Assembly (NCBI GenBank): GCA_965219385.1
Contig: CBDCNM010000001.1
Coordinates: 856,631-920,630, forward strand
From: Candidatus Latescibacterota bacterium
GTDB taxonomy: Bacteria; Latescibacterota; UBA2968; UBA8231
Reading direction: 5' to 3'
Length of the DNA stretch: 64,000 nucleotides
The notes below the pieces were generated by a model. The model was given only the letters and a program-made list of their open reading frames with translations, had not been told where the DNA came from and ran no database searches. The position numbers and the translations under genes were made by a program. Positions 37,636-48,594 of the stretch are shown here, piece after piece (positions within the stretch are counted from its first letter, which is position 1; the number at the start of each line of letters is the position of its first letter).

Positions 37636-38365
37636 CGGGAGGATAAAGGTGTACAGTCTTGTGGCATTTCTGCTCTGCCTGCTGGTCGGTTGCAGCCAGA
37701 ACTACAGCGAAAAAAGCGTCTCCGAAGCCCTGGTGGAAAAGAAGTACCAGCCTGTGAAGGATCGCGCTGAGCTTGAGGATGTAGCGCCAGCAGGGAAGTA
37801 CCAGCCTGTGAAGGATCGCGCTGAGCTTGAGGATGTAGCGCCAGCAGGCTCCGACCAGGAATCCGGGACCGGCGCTTCTGGTACCCGGCAGCGCCTCAAA
37901 GGGATCAGCGTGGTGACCCCTCAGGGGTGGCGCCGCACAACTCCGACCAGCAGCATGCGGATTGCCGAATACCTTCTACCCGGAGGCACAGAGGGTCATG
38001 CCGATGCCTCGCTTGCGGTATTTTACTTTGGTCCCAACCAGGGAGGGACCATCGAGGCCAATATCGACCGCTGGTACGGACAATTCAGCCAGCCCGATGG
38101 AGGGTCTACCAGGGACAGAGCCCGACGCTGGGAAAAGCAGGTCGGGACCATACTCGTAACCCTGGTAGATATCAGCGGGACCTATAGTGGTGGAATGGGC
38201 CCCATGGGCCAATCCCAGGCTCCTAAAACAGGACAGCGAATGCTCGGCGCCATTGCGCCGGCTCCGACCGGCCTGTTTTTTTTCAAATTGATCGGACCCA
38301 CCTCGACCATCGAATTGTGGTCGGAGAGTTTTGTCCATTTCATCGATAGCATTCGTGCTGAATGA
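37616..38365 (+). CDS. Hypothetical lipoprotein
   Basis: LVGC lipobox; SSMRIAEY, GGTIEANIDRWYGQF, FFKLIGP; start uncertain. Confidence 0.7.
   Translation: MRRIVRSGRIKVYSLVAFLLCLLVGCSQNYSEKSVSEALVEKKYQPVKDRAELEDVAPAGKYQPVKDRAELEDVAPAGSDQESGTGASGTRQRLKGISVVTPQGWRRTTPTSSMRIAEYLLPGGTEGHADASLAVFYFGPNQGGTIEANIDRWYGQFSQPDGGSTRDRARRWEKQVGTILVTLVDISGTYSGGMGPMGQSQAPKTGQRMLGAIAPAPTGLFFFKLIGPTSTIELWSESFVHFIDSIRAE
37741..37848 (+). repeat. Perfect 54-bp tandem duplication (2 copies, in frame)
   Basis: KYQPVKDRAELEDVAPAG x2. Confidence 0.95.
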
Positions 38366-38409
38366 GGTTTAATTCGACATAAAAATAATAAAATCAGGGA
38401 GATAGGGAT

Positions 38410-39252
<843 letters not shown>

Positions 39253-39314
39253 CAGCCGGCTTTTTGCAGCTGGTGAAACAAGGCGTAACTCGGCAGGCCC
39301 TGAGAGCGCCTTTT

Positions 39315-40115
39315 TTACTTGGGCGGGGACTGCGAATTCAAGGTCCAGTCGTACGGGTTAAAGGAAATGTCGATATCCGGGCGCTGGCGCAGAAGCTCTG
39401 CTGCGTCGCCGTCCAGGTAGAGAAGAAGGTAGTCAATCAGGGTAGGTTTATCAGAGGGCGTGCCCAGGGAGCGCGGAAACCATTTGATAAAGTCTTCCCC
39501 ATACCAGTCCATGATCTTGGAAAGATGCAGGGTGTCGTTCGGTTGATCCAGGCGTACGTGGGCGGGATCATTGACGAATCTTTTAATGACTGCATGCAGC
39601 CGCGCCTCCAGGTCCTCGCCGGTGAAGGCTTTATTTTCCAGCGCCGGACAACTGGCCGCCCCGCAATTGACCGCGGCGTGAATGCGCGGATCTTTGTAGA
39701 CTGGACGGATAATCTGGTTCTCGATTTCGTCCAGGGTCACTTCCTCGCCTCCGGCCGTGAAATGCATCCTGTTGAAAAAACCGTTCAGGAGTTTGATATC
39801 CATGACGCTTTTGACCGGATAGGCATCAATCACGCCCTTTAAAACAAAGGCATTATAGGCGTTGATCCAGTAGGCCAGTTCGTGACTGGGGGAGGGGAAA
39901 CGCGCCGGATGGCTATGGGGACTGTAGCGGGCCAGGCTGTCCATATAGGCGTCGAGGGGGCCTCGAGCGGCCTTGAGAGCAGGGTAATCAACCCTGCCCA
40001 GAGAATCCACGTAAGCCTGGTACACCTCGTCGAGGATGTGGTGAGAAAAAGGCGTGGCCGAAAAGACAGCAGTTGAACCGAAAAGCAACATGACGATCGC
40101 CCAATAACAACGCAT
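39315..40115 (-). CDS. DUF547-domain exported protein
   Basis: LAYWINAYNA, DPRIHAAVNCGAASCP, LSKIMDWY, YDWTLN. Confidence 0.85.
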   Translation of the reverse strand: MRCYWAIVMLLFGSTAVFSATPFSHHILDEVYQAYVDSLGRVDYPALKAARGPLDAYMDSLARYSPHSHPARFPSPSHELAYWINAYNAFVLKGVIDAYPVKSVMDIKLLNGFFNRMHFTAGGEEVTLDEIENQIIRPVYKDPRIHAAVNCGAASCPALENKAFTGEDLEARLHAVIKRFVNDPAHVRLDQPNDTLHLSKIMDWYGEDFIKWFPRSLGTPSDKPTLIDYLLLYLDGDAAELLRQRPDIDISFNPYDWTLNSQSPPK

Positions 40116-40183
40116 TTTGTACCTCTTCTCGCAGGTTTAGATTGGATGATTGGCTCCTGTAGTATAGACAATAGACAGCATGT

Positions 40184-42493
40184 ATGACCATGAGGTTTCA
40201 ATATAACCCAATTGAGGCGATTTCCATAAGAGGCGCCAAACAAGGTCCTTTGCAAGACCTGGATATGGATATCCCCCTGGGCAAGCTGATCTGTTTTACG
40301 GGCAGGTGCGGCTCTGGAAGCAGGACCATGGCCGTGGATGTGCTCTATGCCGAAAGTCGCCGGCGTTACATGCTGGCGCTTTCGCCTTTTGAGCGCGAAA
40401 ATCTGGGAGGTTTGGGGCGGGTTGAGGCAGAACACATCAGCGGTCTCCCACCGGCCATGTTTTTCGATTCGAGAGGGGTTCAGCGCAAGGAGAGCCTGGC
40501 CGCGTTTTTACAACTTGAAGGATTGCTGGGGCACTTGTTGCACCAATACGGTAGCTATCACTGCCCTGATTGCGGCGGCACCTGCCGTTCCTACAGCGTA
40601 GAGGAAGCCGCCGAGGAGGCTATCTCCACTTTGGACAGCGAGCCGATGCTGGTCCTGGCGCCTTTGGTCTGGTCGGCAGGGACATCGGGTTCGGCCATGG
40701 TTCGAGAATTGCGCCGGGCGGGGTTCCAGCGCATCCGTCAGGCCGGAGGTGTTATGCGCCTGGATGTCCTGGAAGACCTGGAAGATAGGGACAATCTGGA
40801 AGTCGTGATTGACCGCTTGGTGCCCCGTCCCGACCAAAGAAACCGGATCATTGAGGCGGTGCGCAATGCCAGAGCAATGGCCGCTGGTCGGAGTCTGCTG
40901 GTGGGAGCGGACACGGGGAGGCAATGCATGGTAAATCAGCAGCTCACCTGCGAGCAATGTGGCGTCTCTTACCGCGATATTACACCGGATGACTTTATCC
41001 AGAATCACGAGGGGCGCAAACCCCTGGCAATTCAGGTGCGTTTAGCAGGGTGTGGTATTGAAGATCTCGAAGATATGACTCTGGATGAACTCGGTGAATT
41101 CCTCGCGGGGGTCGACCGCACCGGTGGTCTGGATGAAGCCATTTCCAGGTCCCTGGAGGCAGCCCGAGGGTTGGGGTTGGGACACCTCAAACTTGCCCGC
41201 CGTGCCGACGAACTTTCGGCAGGAGAGCAAAGACGTCTGCAAGTGGCGGGCTGTCTGAGCAGTGGCCTGACGGGGATTCTCTACCTGTTTGAAAGCCCCA
41301 TGCTGGGGTTGCACTCCCACGAGTCTCGCCCTCTCATCGAGGGGATGCGCCTCCTGGTTGAACAGGGGAATACCGTAGTGGCGCTCGATCATGCGCGCCC
41401 CCTGTTGCAGGCAGGGGATGAAGTATTCGCCTTTGACGGGGGAAAAGTGGTGGACGAGAACCAGCACGGGTTTGAAGCCGGGTCTGTCCACATCCCCCAA
41501 CGGCGGTATGAGCCGGCGGCACAGGCCCTGACTATCCACGCCAGTGGGGGGCGGCACCTCAAGCAGTTGGAGGTGCGGTTTCCACTGCACTGTCGGGTGT
41601 GTTTAACCGGGGCCGTAGGCGCGGGAAAAACCGCGCTGCTGCAAAAGGTTATCATCCCTGCTCTGCGGCCTGAAACCAAGCGGTGCAAGGGGATAAAGGA
41701 ACGGATCGAGGCGCGCGGTGGCGAACGGATTCGCAGGGTGGTGGAACTTTCGGGATTGGCGCTTGGAAAGGCAAAGCCCTTGCTGGCAGAGCTTGGAGGA
41801 TTTGAGTTTTTGGCAGGGCTGTATGCCGAAACCCCCGCGGCGCAAAAAAGGGGGTATCCGCGGGAGTGGTTTCTCCTGGATGTCCCCGGAGGACGCTGTG
41901 TTACCTGTGAAGGCCGGGGGGTATTACACTACGACCTGGAGTTCCTGGAAGATATTTCCCTGACCTGCCCAACCTGTGAGGGACGCCGTTATCGGCCCGA
42001 AATCCTCGAAATCGTCCGGCGCGGTCAGAATGTGAACGATGTCCTGGAAATGTCCATAGATCAGGCCGCTTTGCACTTCGCCCGCGAACCACGGATAAAA
42101 ACCAGGCTGGATGCGGCGAGCGCATGCGGCCTGGGTGGGTGTTCCATGGGGACCCCGAGCGACCAGCTTGAGCCGGAAGCGCACCTGTGGTTGCAGCTGG
42201 CGGTGGAATTGGCGCGGGCCTCTTCCCGAGATGTCCTCGTCCTGGATAATCCAGCCGCGGGAAGTCATCCCCAGGATGTGCAACTCCTTATCGGAGTGCT
42301 GGACCAGCTGGTCGCCAAAGGAGTATCGGTATTGGTGGCGGATCACCATCCTGGATTGATAAATACGGCCGATTGGCTCATCGAGCTTGGACCTGGAGGA
42401 GGGCCACAGGGCGGTCAGGTAGTTTCGAGCGGCCCCCATGGATTCAGCCAGAGAGCAGAGGGGGCTGCAAGTGGGCGTAGCGGCAGGGGGTGA
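40184..42493 (+). CDS. Divergent UvrA-like protein with degenerate ATPase motifs
   Basis: UvrA layout (LYAESRRRY, zinc fingers, ADWLIELGPGGGPQGG) with altered Walker and signature motifs. Confidence 0.8.
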   Translation: MTMRFQYNPIEAISIRGAKQGPLQDLDMDIPLGKLICFTGRCGSGSRTMAVDVLYAESRRRYMLALSPFERENLGGLGRVEAEHISGLPPAMFFDSRGVQRKESLAAFLQLEGLLGHLLHQYGSYHCPDCGGTCRSYSVEEAAEEAISTLDSEPMLVLAPLVWSAGTSGSAMVRELRRAGFQRIRQAGGVMRLDVLEDLEDRDNLEVVIDRLVPRPDQRNRIIEAVRNARAMAAGRSLLVGADTGRQCMVNQQLTCEQCGVSYRDITPDDFIQNHEGRKPLAIQVRLAGCGIEDLEDMTLDELGEFLAGVDRTGGLDEAISRSLEAARGLGLGHLKLARRADELSAGEQRRLQVAGCLSSGLTGILYLFESPMLGLHSHESRPLIEGMRLLVEQGNTVVALDHARPLLQAGDEVFAFDGGKVVDENQHGFEAGSVHIPQRRYEPAAQALTIHASGGRHLKQLEVRFPLHCRVCLTGAVGAGKTALLQKVIIPALRPETKRCKGIKERIEARGGERIRRVVELSGLALGKAKPLLAELGGFEFLAGLYAETPAAQKRGYPREWFLLDVPGGRCVTCEGRGVLHYDLEFLEDISLTCPTCEGRRYRPEILEIVRRGQNVNDVLEMSIDQAALHFAREPRIKTRLDAASACGLGGCSMGTPSDQLEPEAHLWLQLAVELARASSRDVLVLDNPAAGSHPQDVQLLIGVLDQLVAKGVSVLVADHHPGLINTADWLIELGPGGGPQGGQVVSSGPHGFSQRAEGAASGRSGRG

Positions 42494-42674
42494 GCCCTGC
42501 CCCGCTCGGGGCGATCTGGAATTTTCAGCTGGCTTCTCACCACGTCTTCCAAACGCGTGCGGATATCTTGCGAGAGAGCTAGGTAGCCCCTATATTACAA
42601 TGAGTTAGGAAACCTCTGGAGTGGACGGTTTTCCTCCACTTAATTCTTAATGCCCCTGGAAAGCATGTGCGCCA

Positions 42675-43142
42675 ATGAGCATTGAACAGGATCTGCAAAC
42701 AGAAAAGATTGCCCACCTGGATCTGACGGGTTTCGCCGTGGTCCAAAGCGGCACGGCCATCTCCACTGTTCTCCAGCTGATGCGCGAAAATCACATCAGT
42801 GCCGTGCTGGTCAAGTCAGGGGAGCGGCTGGTCGGGATTTTTACCGAGCGCGACGTGCTCATCCGCGTAGCGGATGATTTTTCTACCTGGGATCAACCCG
42901 TAGACTCCGTTATGACCGCTGAACCCCAGACGGTTTCCCTGGATGAACGGGTGGGGCGTGCCCTGCGCCTCATGAACGCCGGCCATTACCGCAACGTACC
43001 GGTACTGGATGCGTCCGGCGCCCTCGTCGGCAATCTCTCACAACACGTCATCATTCGTTTTTTGACCGACCGTTTTCCCCGGGAAATATACAATCTCCCC
43101 CCCGATCCCGAGATGATCCCCAAAACCAGGGAGGGAGCTTGA
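42675..43142 (+). CDS. CBS-domain protein
   Basis: LVGIFTERD, VMTAEP, YRNVPVLD. Confidence 0.9.
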   Translation: MSIEQDLQTEKIAHLDLTGFAVVQSGTAISTVLQLMRENHISAVLVKSGERLVGIFTERDVLIRVADDFSTWDQPVDSVMTAEPQTVSLDERVGRALRLMNAGHYRNVPVLDASGALVGNLSQHVIIRFLTDRFPREIYNLPPDPEMIPKTREGA

Positions 43143-43185
43143 GCCATTTGCAATTTGCTCTCAATGTACCCCCAAGGAGGACCAT

Positions 43186-45075
43186 TTGACTGACACAGCG
43201 GTCCCGCCGGCAATACAGGACAATGCAGAAGCGTCCGACGAGAAGAAAAATATCGAGGAGCGGGAATCGATAGTCATTCGTTTCTCCGGGGATTCCGGCG
43301 ATGGCATGCAGCTAACCGGAGAACAGTTTACCAATACTTCCGCGGTCCTGGGCAATGATATAAGCACCTACCCGGACTTTCCCGCCGAGATACGGGCGCC
43401 TGCCGGCACCATCCCCGGGCTGAGCGGGTTTCAACTCAACTTTTCAGCCAACGAACTTTTTACTGCTGGGGATACCCCTCAGGTCCTGGTGGCCATGAAT
43501 CCCGCCGCACTCACCGCCAACCTCGAAGACCTGGAACCCGGGGGCATCGTCATTGTCAATACCGATGCTTTTACCCGCAACAACCTGCGCAAGGCCGGCT
43601 ACGAGAAAAATCCACTGGAAAACGAAAGCCTCAAAGGGTATGAAGTCTACCAGGTTCCCCTGACCACTCTGACCCGCAAAGCCCTCGAGGATCTGGAGGG
43701 GCTCAACACCCAGGAAAGGGACCGATGCAAGAATGGTTTTGCCCTCGGGCTGACCTTCTGGATGTTCGACAGGACTTTGGATACGACCCTGAAATTTTAC
43801 CAGGAAAAGTTCGCCCAAAAGCCACAGATTGTCGAAGCCAACACCCGGGCCCTCAAGGCCGGGTACTATTACGGCGAGACGACAGAGACTTTCCAGAGAC
43901 AGTTCAAGGTGCCCAGACGCATCGCGGTCGAGCCGGGCGTCTATCGCCGCATAACCGGCAACGAAGCCCTGGTCCTGGGGCTGGTAACCGCGGCCCGCAA
44001 GGCCAATAAACCCCTGTTCTACGGCAGTTACCCTATAACTCCAGCCAGTCCCATACTGGAGGATCTGGCCGCGTTGAAAAGCTACGATATTCGCACCTTT
44101 CAGGCCGAAGATGAGATCGCTGCCATAGGCTCCATCATCGGGGCGGCTTTTGGCGGGGCCCTTGCGGCTACGGCCAGCAGCGGTCCTGGCATCGCCCTGA
44201 AGAGCGAAGGTATCAACCTGGCCGTGGTGCTGGAACTACCCCTGGTCATCATCGATGTCCAGCGCGGCGGCCCCAGTACGGGATTGCCGACCAAGACCGA
44301 GCAGGCCGATTTACTGGAGGTGCTTTTCGGCCGCAATGGCGAGAGTCCCATCCCCGTCCTCGCCGCGGCTACTTCCAGCGAGTGTTTTGAAATGGCCATC
44401 CAGGCCTTTCGCCTGGCGGTGCGCTACATGACCCCCGTATTTCTGCTTTCAGACGGTTATCTGGCCAATAACTCCGAGCCCTGGAAGATCCCTGATCCGG
44501 AGGATATCGAGCCGCTCGTGGTAGAGCATCGCAGGGATCCCGAGGGCTACCAACCCTACGTGAGAAATCCCGAAACTCTGGCCCGGTCCTGGGTGATCCC
44601 CGGCACCCCCGGCCTCGAACACCGAATCGGTGGGCTGGGTAAACAGGACGGGACCGGCAATGTTTCCTATGCGCCCGAGGACCACGAGTACATCGTCAAA
44701 CTTCGAGCCCAGAAAGTCGCCGGGATTGCCGCTAGTATTCCCGAGCTGGAAGTATCAGGTCCCGACCAGGGCGATTTACTGGTCATTGGTTGGGGCGGAA
44801 CCTTTGGCGCCATTCACGCCGCCGTTGAACGCATGCAACAGGAAGGGATGTCCATCGCCAGCGCTCATCTGCGCTATTTAAATCCATTCCCCAGGAACCT
44901 GGGCGATGTCCTGGGACGCTACCGGCAAATCCTGGCGCCCGAGTTGAATATGGGGCAGCTCGCCTTTTTGCTGCAGGCCCATTTCCCGGTGCGGGTTACA
45001 AAGCTCACCAAGGTCCAGGGACAGCCCTTCAAGATCGGCGAAATAGTGAGTAAAATCCGCACCATCCTGGAATGA
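43186..45075 (+). CDS. korA: 2-oxoacid:ferredoxin oxidoreductase alpha subunit
   Basis: GDSGDGMQL, FPAEIRAP, YPITPAS, QAEDEIA, QRGGPSTGLPTK. Confidence 0.93.
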   Translation: MTDTAVPPAIQDNAEASDEKKNIEERESIVIRFSGDSGDGMQLTGEQFTNTSAVLGNDISTYPDFPAEIRAPAGTIPGLSGFQLNFSANELFTAGDTPQVLVAMNPAALTANLEDLEPGGIVIVNTDAFTRNNLRKAGYEKNPLENESLKGYEVYQVPLTTLTRKALEDLEGLNTQERDRCKNGFALGLTFWMFDRTLDTTLKFYQEKFAQKPQIVEANTRALKAGYYYGETTETFQRQFKVPRRIAVEPGVYRRITGNEALVLGLVTAARKANKPLFYGSYPITPASPILEDLAALKSYDIRTFQAEDEIAAIGSIIGAAFGGALAATASSGPGIALKSEGINLAVVLELPLVIIDVQRGGPSTGLPTKTEQADLLEVLFGRNGESPIPVLAAATSSECFEMAIQAFRLAVRYMTPVFLLSDGYLANNSEPWKIPDPEDIEPLVVEHRRDPEGYQPYVRNPETLARSWVIPGTPGLEHRIGGLGKQDGTGNVSYAPEDHEYIVKLRAQKVAGIAASIPELEVSGPDQGDLLVIGWGGTFGAIHAAVERMQQEGMSIASAHLRYLNPFPRNLGDVLGRYRQILAPELNMGQLAFLLQAHFPVRVTKLTKVQGQPFKIGEIVSKIRTILE

Positions 45076-45106
45076 GAAAAAATAGAGACCGTGAAGGAGG
45101 CCTCCA

Positions 45107-46132
45107 ATGAGTGAAGTCGCGGTGGAGAGCAAATTGACCAGAAAGGATTTTGTCTCGGATCAGGAAGTGCGCTGGTGCCCGGGATGCGGGGATTATGCTA
45201 TCCTGGCCCAGATGCAAAAGGTGCTCCCCGAGACCGGCATCCCGCGCGAAAAGCTTGTATTCGTATCGGGTATTGGCTGCTCGAGTCGGTTCCCCTACTA
45301 CATGAACACCTATGGGGTTCACGCCATCCACGGCCGCGCCCCGACCATTGCCACCGGTCTCAAGGCGGCCAATCCCGAGCTGAGCGTCTGGGTTGTTACC
45401 GGTGACGGCGATGGGTTATCAATCGGGGGGAATCATCTCCTCCACTGCTTGCGGCGCAACGTGGATCTCAAAATCCTCCTCTTCAACAACCGGGTCTACG
45501 GACTCACCAAGGGACAGTACTCGCCCACTTCACTGTCGGGACATCGCACTAAGTCGTCGCCCGCCGGCTCGATTGATTACCCGCTCAACCCCATTGCGGT
45601 TGCCCTTGGCGCGGAGGCCACGTTTGTCGCCCGCACCCAAGATACCAACACCAAACATTTGAGCGAGATATTGAGGCGGGCGACCGCGCACAAGGGGACG
45701 GCCTTTGTCGAAATCTACCAGAACTGCGTGGTCTACCACTCGACCGCCTGGGATCATACCACGGATCCCAATGTCAGGGACGAAAATATCTTGTTCCTGG
45801 AGGATGGAGCGCCCCTGATTTTCGGCAAAGACCGCGACAAAGGCATACGCATGAATGGGTTTGGCCCCGAAGTGGTGGAATTGGGCAATGCCACTTCCCC
45901 GGATGATCTCCTGACTCATCGGGAGAGCCTGGAAAACTCCAGCTACGCCTATATGCTCAGTCGCATGGAATACCCGGATTTTCCCCTTGCCTTCGGGGTT
46001 TTGCGGGTGGTGCAAAAACCGACCTATACCGACCTGCTCGGCAATCAGATAGAAGAGGCGAGGCGCCAATCCGGCAATGGCGAACTCGAGGCCCTCTATC
46101 ACAACAGCGATACCTGGGAAGTTGAACCATGA
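45107..46132 (+). CDS. korB: 2-oxoacid:ferredoxin oxidoreductase beta subunit
   Basis: WCPGCGD, SGIGCSSR, HGRA, GDGDGLSIGGNH, YGLTKGQYSPT. Confidence 0.93.
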   Translation: MSEVAVESKLTRKDFVSDQEVRWCPGCGDYAILAQMQKVLPETGIPREKLVFVSGIGCSSRFPYYMNTYGVHAIHGRAPTIATGLKAANPELSVWVVTGDGDGLSIGGNHLLHCLRRNVDLKILLFNNRVYGLTKGQYSPTSLSGHRTKSSPAGSIDYPLNPIAVALGAEATFVARTQDTNTKHLSEILRRATAHKGTAFVEIYQNCVVYHSTAWDHTTDPNVRDENILFLEDGAPLIFGKDRDKGIRMNGFGPEVVELGNATSPDDLLTHRESLENSSYAYMLSRMEYPDFPLAFGVLRVVQKPTYTDLLGNQIEEARRQSGNGELEALYHNSDTWEVEP

Positions 46133-46695
46133 CGGAATCCAGCGGTAAGGTTCAGGATGAGGCGGTGATCTGTCCGGCCTGTGGCCACGACAATATTTCT
46201 GGTATTGATACCTGTGAAGGCTGCGGCCAGAGCCTGAGCGAGGCGTACATTACCTCGGTGGACAGCGAGAATCAACTGGGCATTTTTTCCGAACCGCTCG
46301 AGGTCCTCAAACCCCGCCAGCCGGAATGTATGGCGAGAAATACCCCTGTATCAGAGGTCATTGCCCGGCTCAAGGGCAAAAACGTCGGGTGCGTGCTGGT
46401 CACGGGGGAGGAGGGGCAATTGGTGGGGATTTTCACCGAACGCGATGTGTTGTACCGGGTAGCGGGATTGATCAAGGGGTTGGATAACATTATGGTCGAG
46501 AGTCTGATGACCCCTGATCCGACTGCATTGAAGGCTTCGGTGGCCATCAGCCATGCCCTGCACCTGATGGGCTTACATGGATTCCGCCACGTCCCCCTGG
46601 TGGACGACGACGGCAGACCCGTTGGTTTTATTTCCTTCCGCGACATCGTCCGCTTCATCGAACTAAACTTTACCTCGGAACCTGCTATTCCCTGA
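46129..46695 (+). CDS. CBS-domain protein with N-terminal zinc ribbon
   Basis: CPACG..CEGCG; GIFTERD, FRHVPLVD. Confidence 0.88.
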   Translation: MTESSGKVQDEAVICPACGHDNISGIDTCEGCGQSLSEAYITSVDSENQLGIFSEPLEVLKPRQPECMARNTPVSEVIARLKGKNVGCVLVTGEEGQLVGIFTERDVLYRVAGLIKGLDNIMVESLMTPDPTALKASVAISHALHLMGLHGFRHVPLVDDDGRPVGFISFRDIVRFIELNFTSEPAIP

Positions 46696-46743
46696 TACAA
46701 AAGCAGCGCGAAACCAAAGCGGTCTCATGTTGGACCGCTGCTT

Positions 46744-46782
46744 AACGAGGAGCAGGCCCCAGGGTCGATCCTCGTTTTTTTA
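46744..46782 (+). terminator. Possible intrinsic terminator
   Basis: AACGAGGA...TCCTCGTT followed by a T run; long loop. Confidence 0.4.
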
Positions 46783-46802
46783 TCTGAGAGGAGAGTGACC
46801 CC

Positions 46803-47288
46803 ATGTGGACCCCCAAGGCCATAGGCGTATGGATGCTCCTACCGGCAATGCTTTTACTGCCGCAAGCAGCCTCCCGAGCCGAAATTCGCACTACTGATCT
46901 GAATTCGACTAGGTCTGTTCTGGAAAGGGAATGGTTGCGTCTGAAGCTGGAAGTAATGGGTTTGCGGCTCAGTTATCCCGCCTACCGCATCAATCTCGAA
47001 CTGAGCGAAAATAACAATATTGTATTCGCTTTCCTGGCCAGCGGCGGGATGGCCGAGCATTTGAGTGAGCTAGGGCCGCCAGAAGCGAAGAATATACTGG
47101 GTTATCACGCCCAGGGGATCAGTGATCAGGTGAGTGCGCTGATCAGAGAGGAGTTTCCGGTGTTGTGGGGGAGTTATGAATCGGCGGAAGATTTTAGAGG
47201 CAAATTTATGGTGCCGGCGGAAGACTGGAATAATCCGCCGCGCGAGTTGGCTTACTGGAGAGGAGATAGTTTTTACTGGAATCCCTGA
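46803..47288 (+). CDS. Hypothetical exported protein
   Basis: Signal peptide, upstream RBS, 161 aa. Confidence 0.6.
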   Translation: MWTPKAIGVWMLLPAMLLLPQAASRAEIRTTDLNSTRSVLEREWLRLKLEVMGLRLSYPAYRINLELSENNNIVFAFLASGGMAEHLSELGPPEAKNILGYHAQGISDQVSALIREEFPVLWGSYESAEDFRGKFMVPAEDWNNPPRELAYWRGDSFYWNP

Positions 47289-47519
47289 TTATTCGGGATC
47301 GTGCAACATGACATCCCCTTCCAGGGATTCATCGAGAGAGATGTGCTTGTCGATGACCGGGGTATCCGTGGTGATCAACCACCCCTGGACTTTTTCCCCC
47401 CATACGGTGATCTCCTTGGGAACGGCCTCGACGACCTTGGCAAAATGCGTATGGCGCTCCCGATTGGTACAGAAGAAGATGTTTCTTCGCGTGGTGCCTT
47501 TTTCGATCATGTTGTCCAT
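47289..47519 (-). CDS. Small hypothetical protein
   Basis: 76 aa directly downstream of hemE with GAGG RBS. Confidence 0.55.
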   Translation of the reverse strand: MDNMIEKGTTRRNIFFCTNRERHTHFAKVVEAVPKEITVWGEKVQGWLITTDTPVIDKHISLDESLEGDVMLHDPE

Positions 47520-47523
47520 CGCG

Positions 47524-48567
47524 TCACCTCTTTTTAGCGGCGTATTCGTGCACGGTATCGACTAGCAGGCGGACATGGTCGATGGGGGTTTCCGGTAGAA
47601 CGCCGTGCCCCAGATTGAAAATATGCGGTAAATCATGGGTCTGCCGCAGGATCCGTCGCGTTTCCCTGACGATGATCTCGGGGGGGGCGCACAGGACACA
47701 GGGATCAAGATTGCCCTGTAGAGGTATCTGGTTGTCGAAGGCCTGGAAGGCATCGCCGATATTCAAACGCCAATCGATACCAAAGAGGTCCGCTCCGGTC
47801 CTGGGGAGGAGGGAAAGGATGTGAGAGGCATCGTTGGCATAATAAATCCTGGGTACTTGCATATCTTTCAGGGCTGCAAACACGCGTTGCAGATAAGGCA
47901 GGACAAGCTGTTCGAAGGCATCGCGGGAGAGCGCGCCGATCCAGGTGTCGAATAGCTGGATGGCTTGAGCACCGGCCTGGACCTGGGCTCGAAGATAATC
48001 GATGACAACCCGGGTCAATTTGTCGAGCAGGAGATGGGCGCCGGCCGGATCGGCGTAGAGCATTTGGCGGAACATGGTGAAATTTTTGGCCCCTCCGCCT
48101 TCGACCATGTAGGTTGCCAGGGTGAAGGGAGCGCCGCCAAAACCGATGAGCGGCACCGAATCCGGAAGGGCTGCTCGCACCAGGTGGATGGTTTCCAGAA
48201 CAAAGGGGATATCCGCTTCCGTGCTTATCGCTCTCAGGGCTTCTATGTCCGCCCGGGTACGCACGGGATGGGCAAATACCGGGCCGGGCACAAATTCGAT
48301 TTTGCACCCCATAGGTTCAACCGGAGTCAGGATATCGGCAAAGAGGATCGCCGCATCGACCTCGAGCATCGCCACGGGCATGAGGGTGATCTCAGCGGCC
48401 AGTTCGGGGTCCTTGAAAAGCTTGAGAATGGATCCTGTTTTTTCTTTTAGATCTCTGTAGGGCTTGAGGATGCGGCCGGCCTGGCGCATCAACCACACCG
48501 GTCTGGTTGCGGGTAATTGCCGGTTGCAGGCCTGAAGAAAAGGACTGGATTGGACGGATTCTGACAT
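47524..48567 (-). CDS. hemE: Uroporphyrinogen decarboxylase
   Basis: PVWLMRQAGR, DAAILFADIL, GAPFTLATY, QGNLDP, FNLGHG. Confidence 0.95.
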   Translation of the reverse strand: MSESVQSSPFLQACNRQLPATRPVWLMRQAGRILKPYRDLKEKTGSILKLFKDPELAAEITLMPVAMLEVDAAILFADILTPVEPMGCKIEFVPGPVFAHPVRTRADIEALRAISTEADIPFVLETIHLVRAALPDSVPLIGFGGAPFTLATYMVEGGGAKNFTMFRQMLYADPAGAHLLLDKLTRVVIDYLRAQVQAGAQAIQLFDTWIGALSRDAFEQLVLPYLQRVFAALKDMQVPRIYYANDASHILSLLPRTGADLFGIDWRLNIGDAFQAFDNQIPLQGNLDPCVLCAPPEIIVRETRRILRQTHDLPHIFNLGHGVLPETPIDHVRLLVDTVHEYAAKKR

Positions 48568-48594
48568 ATTTCAGCGCCTGCCGGCGGGGCCGGA

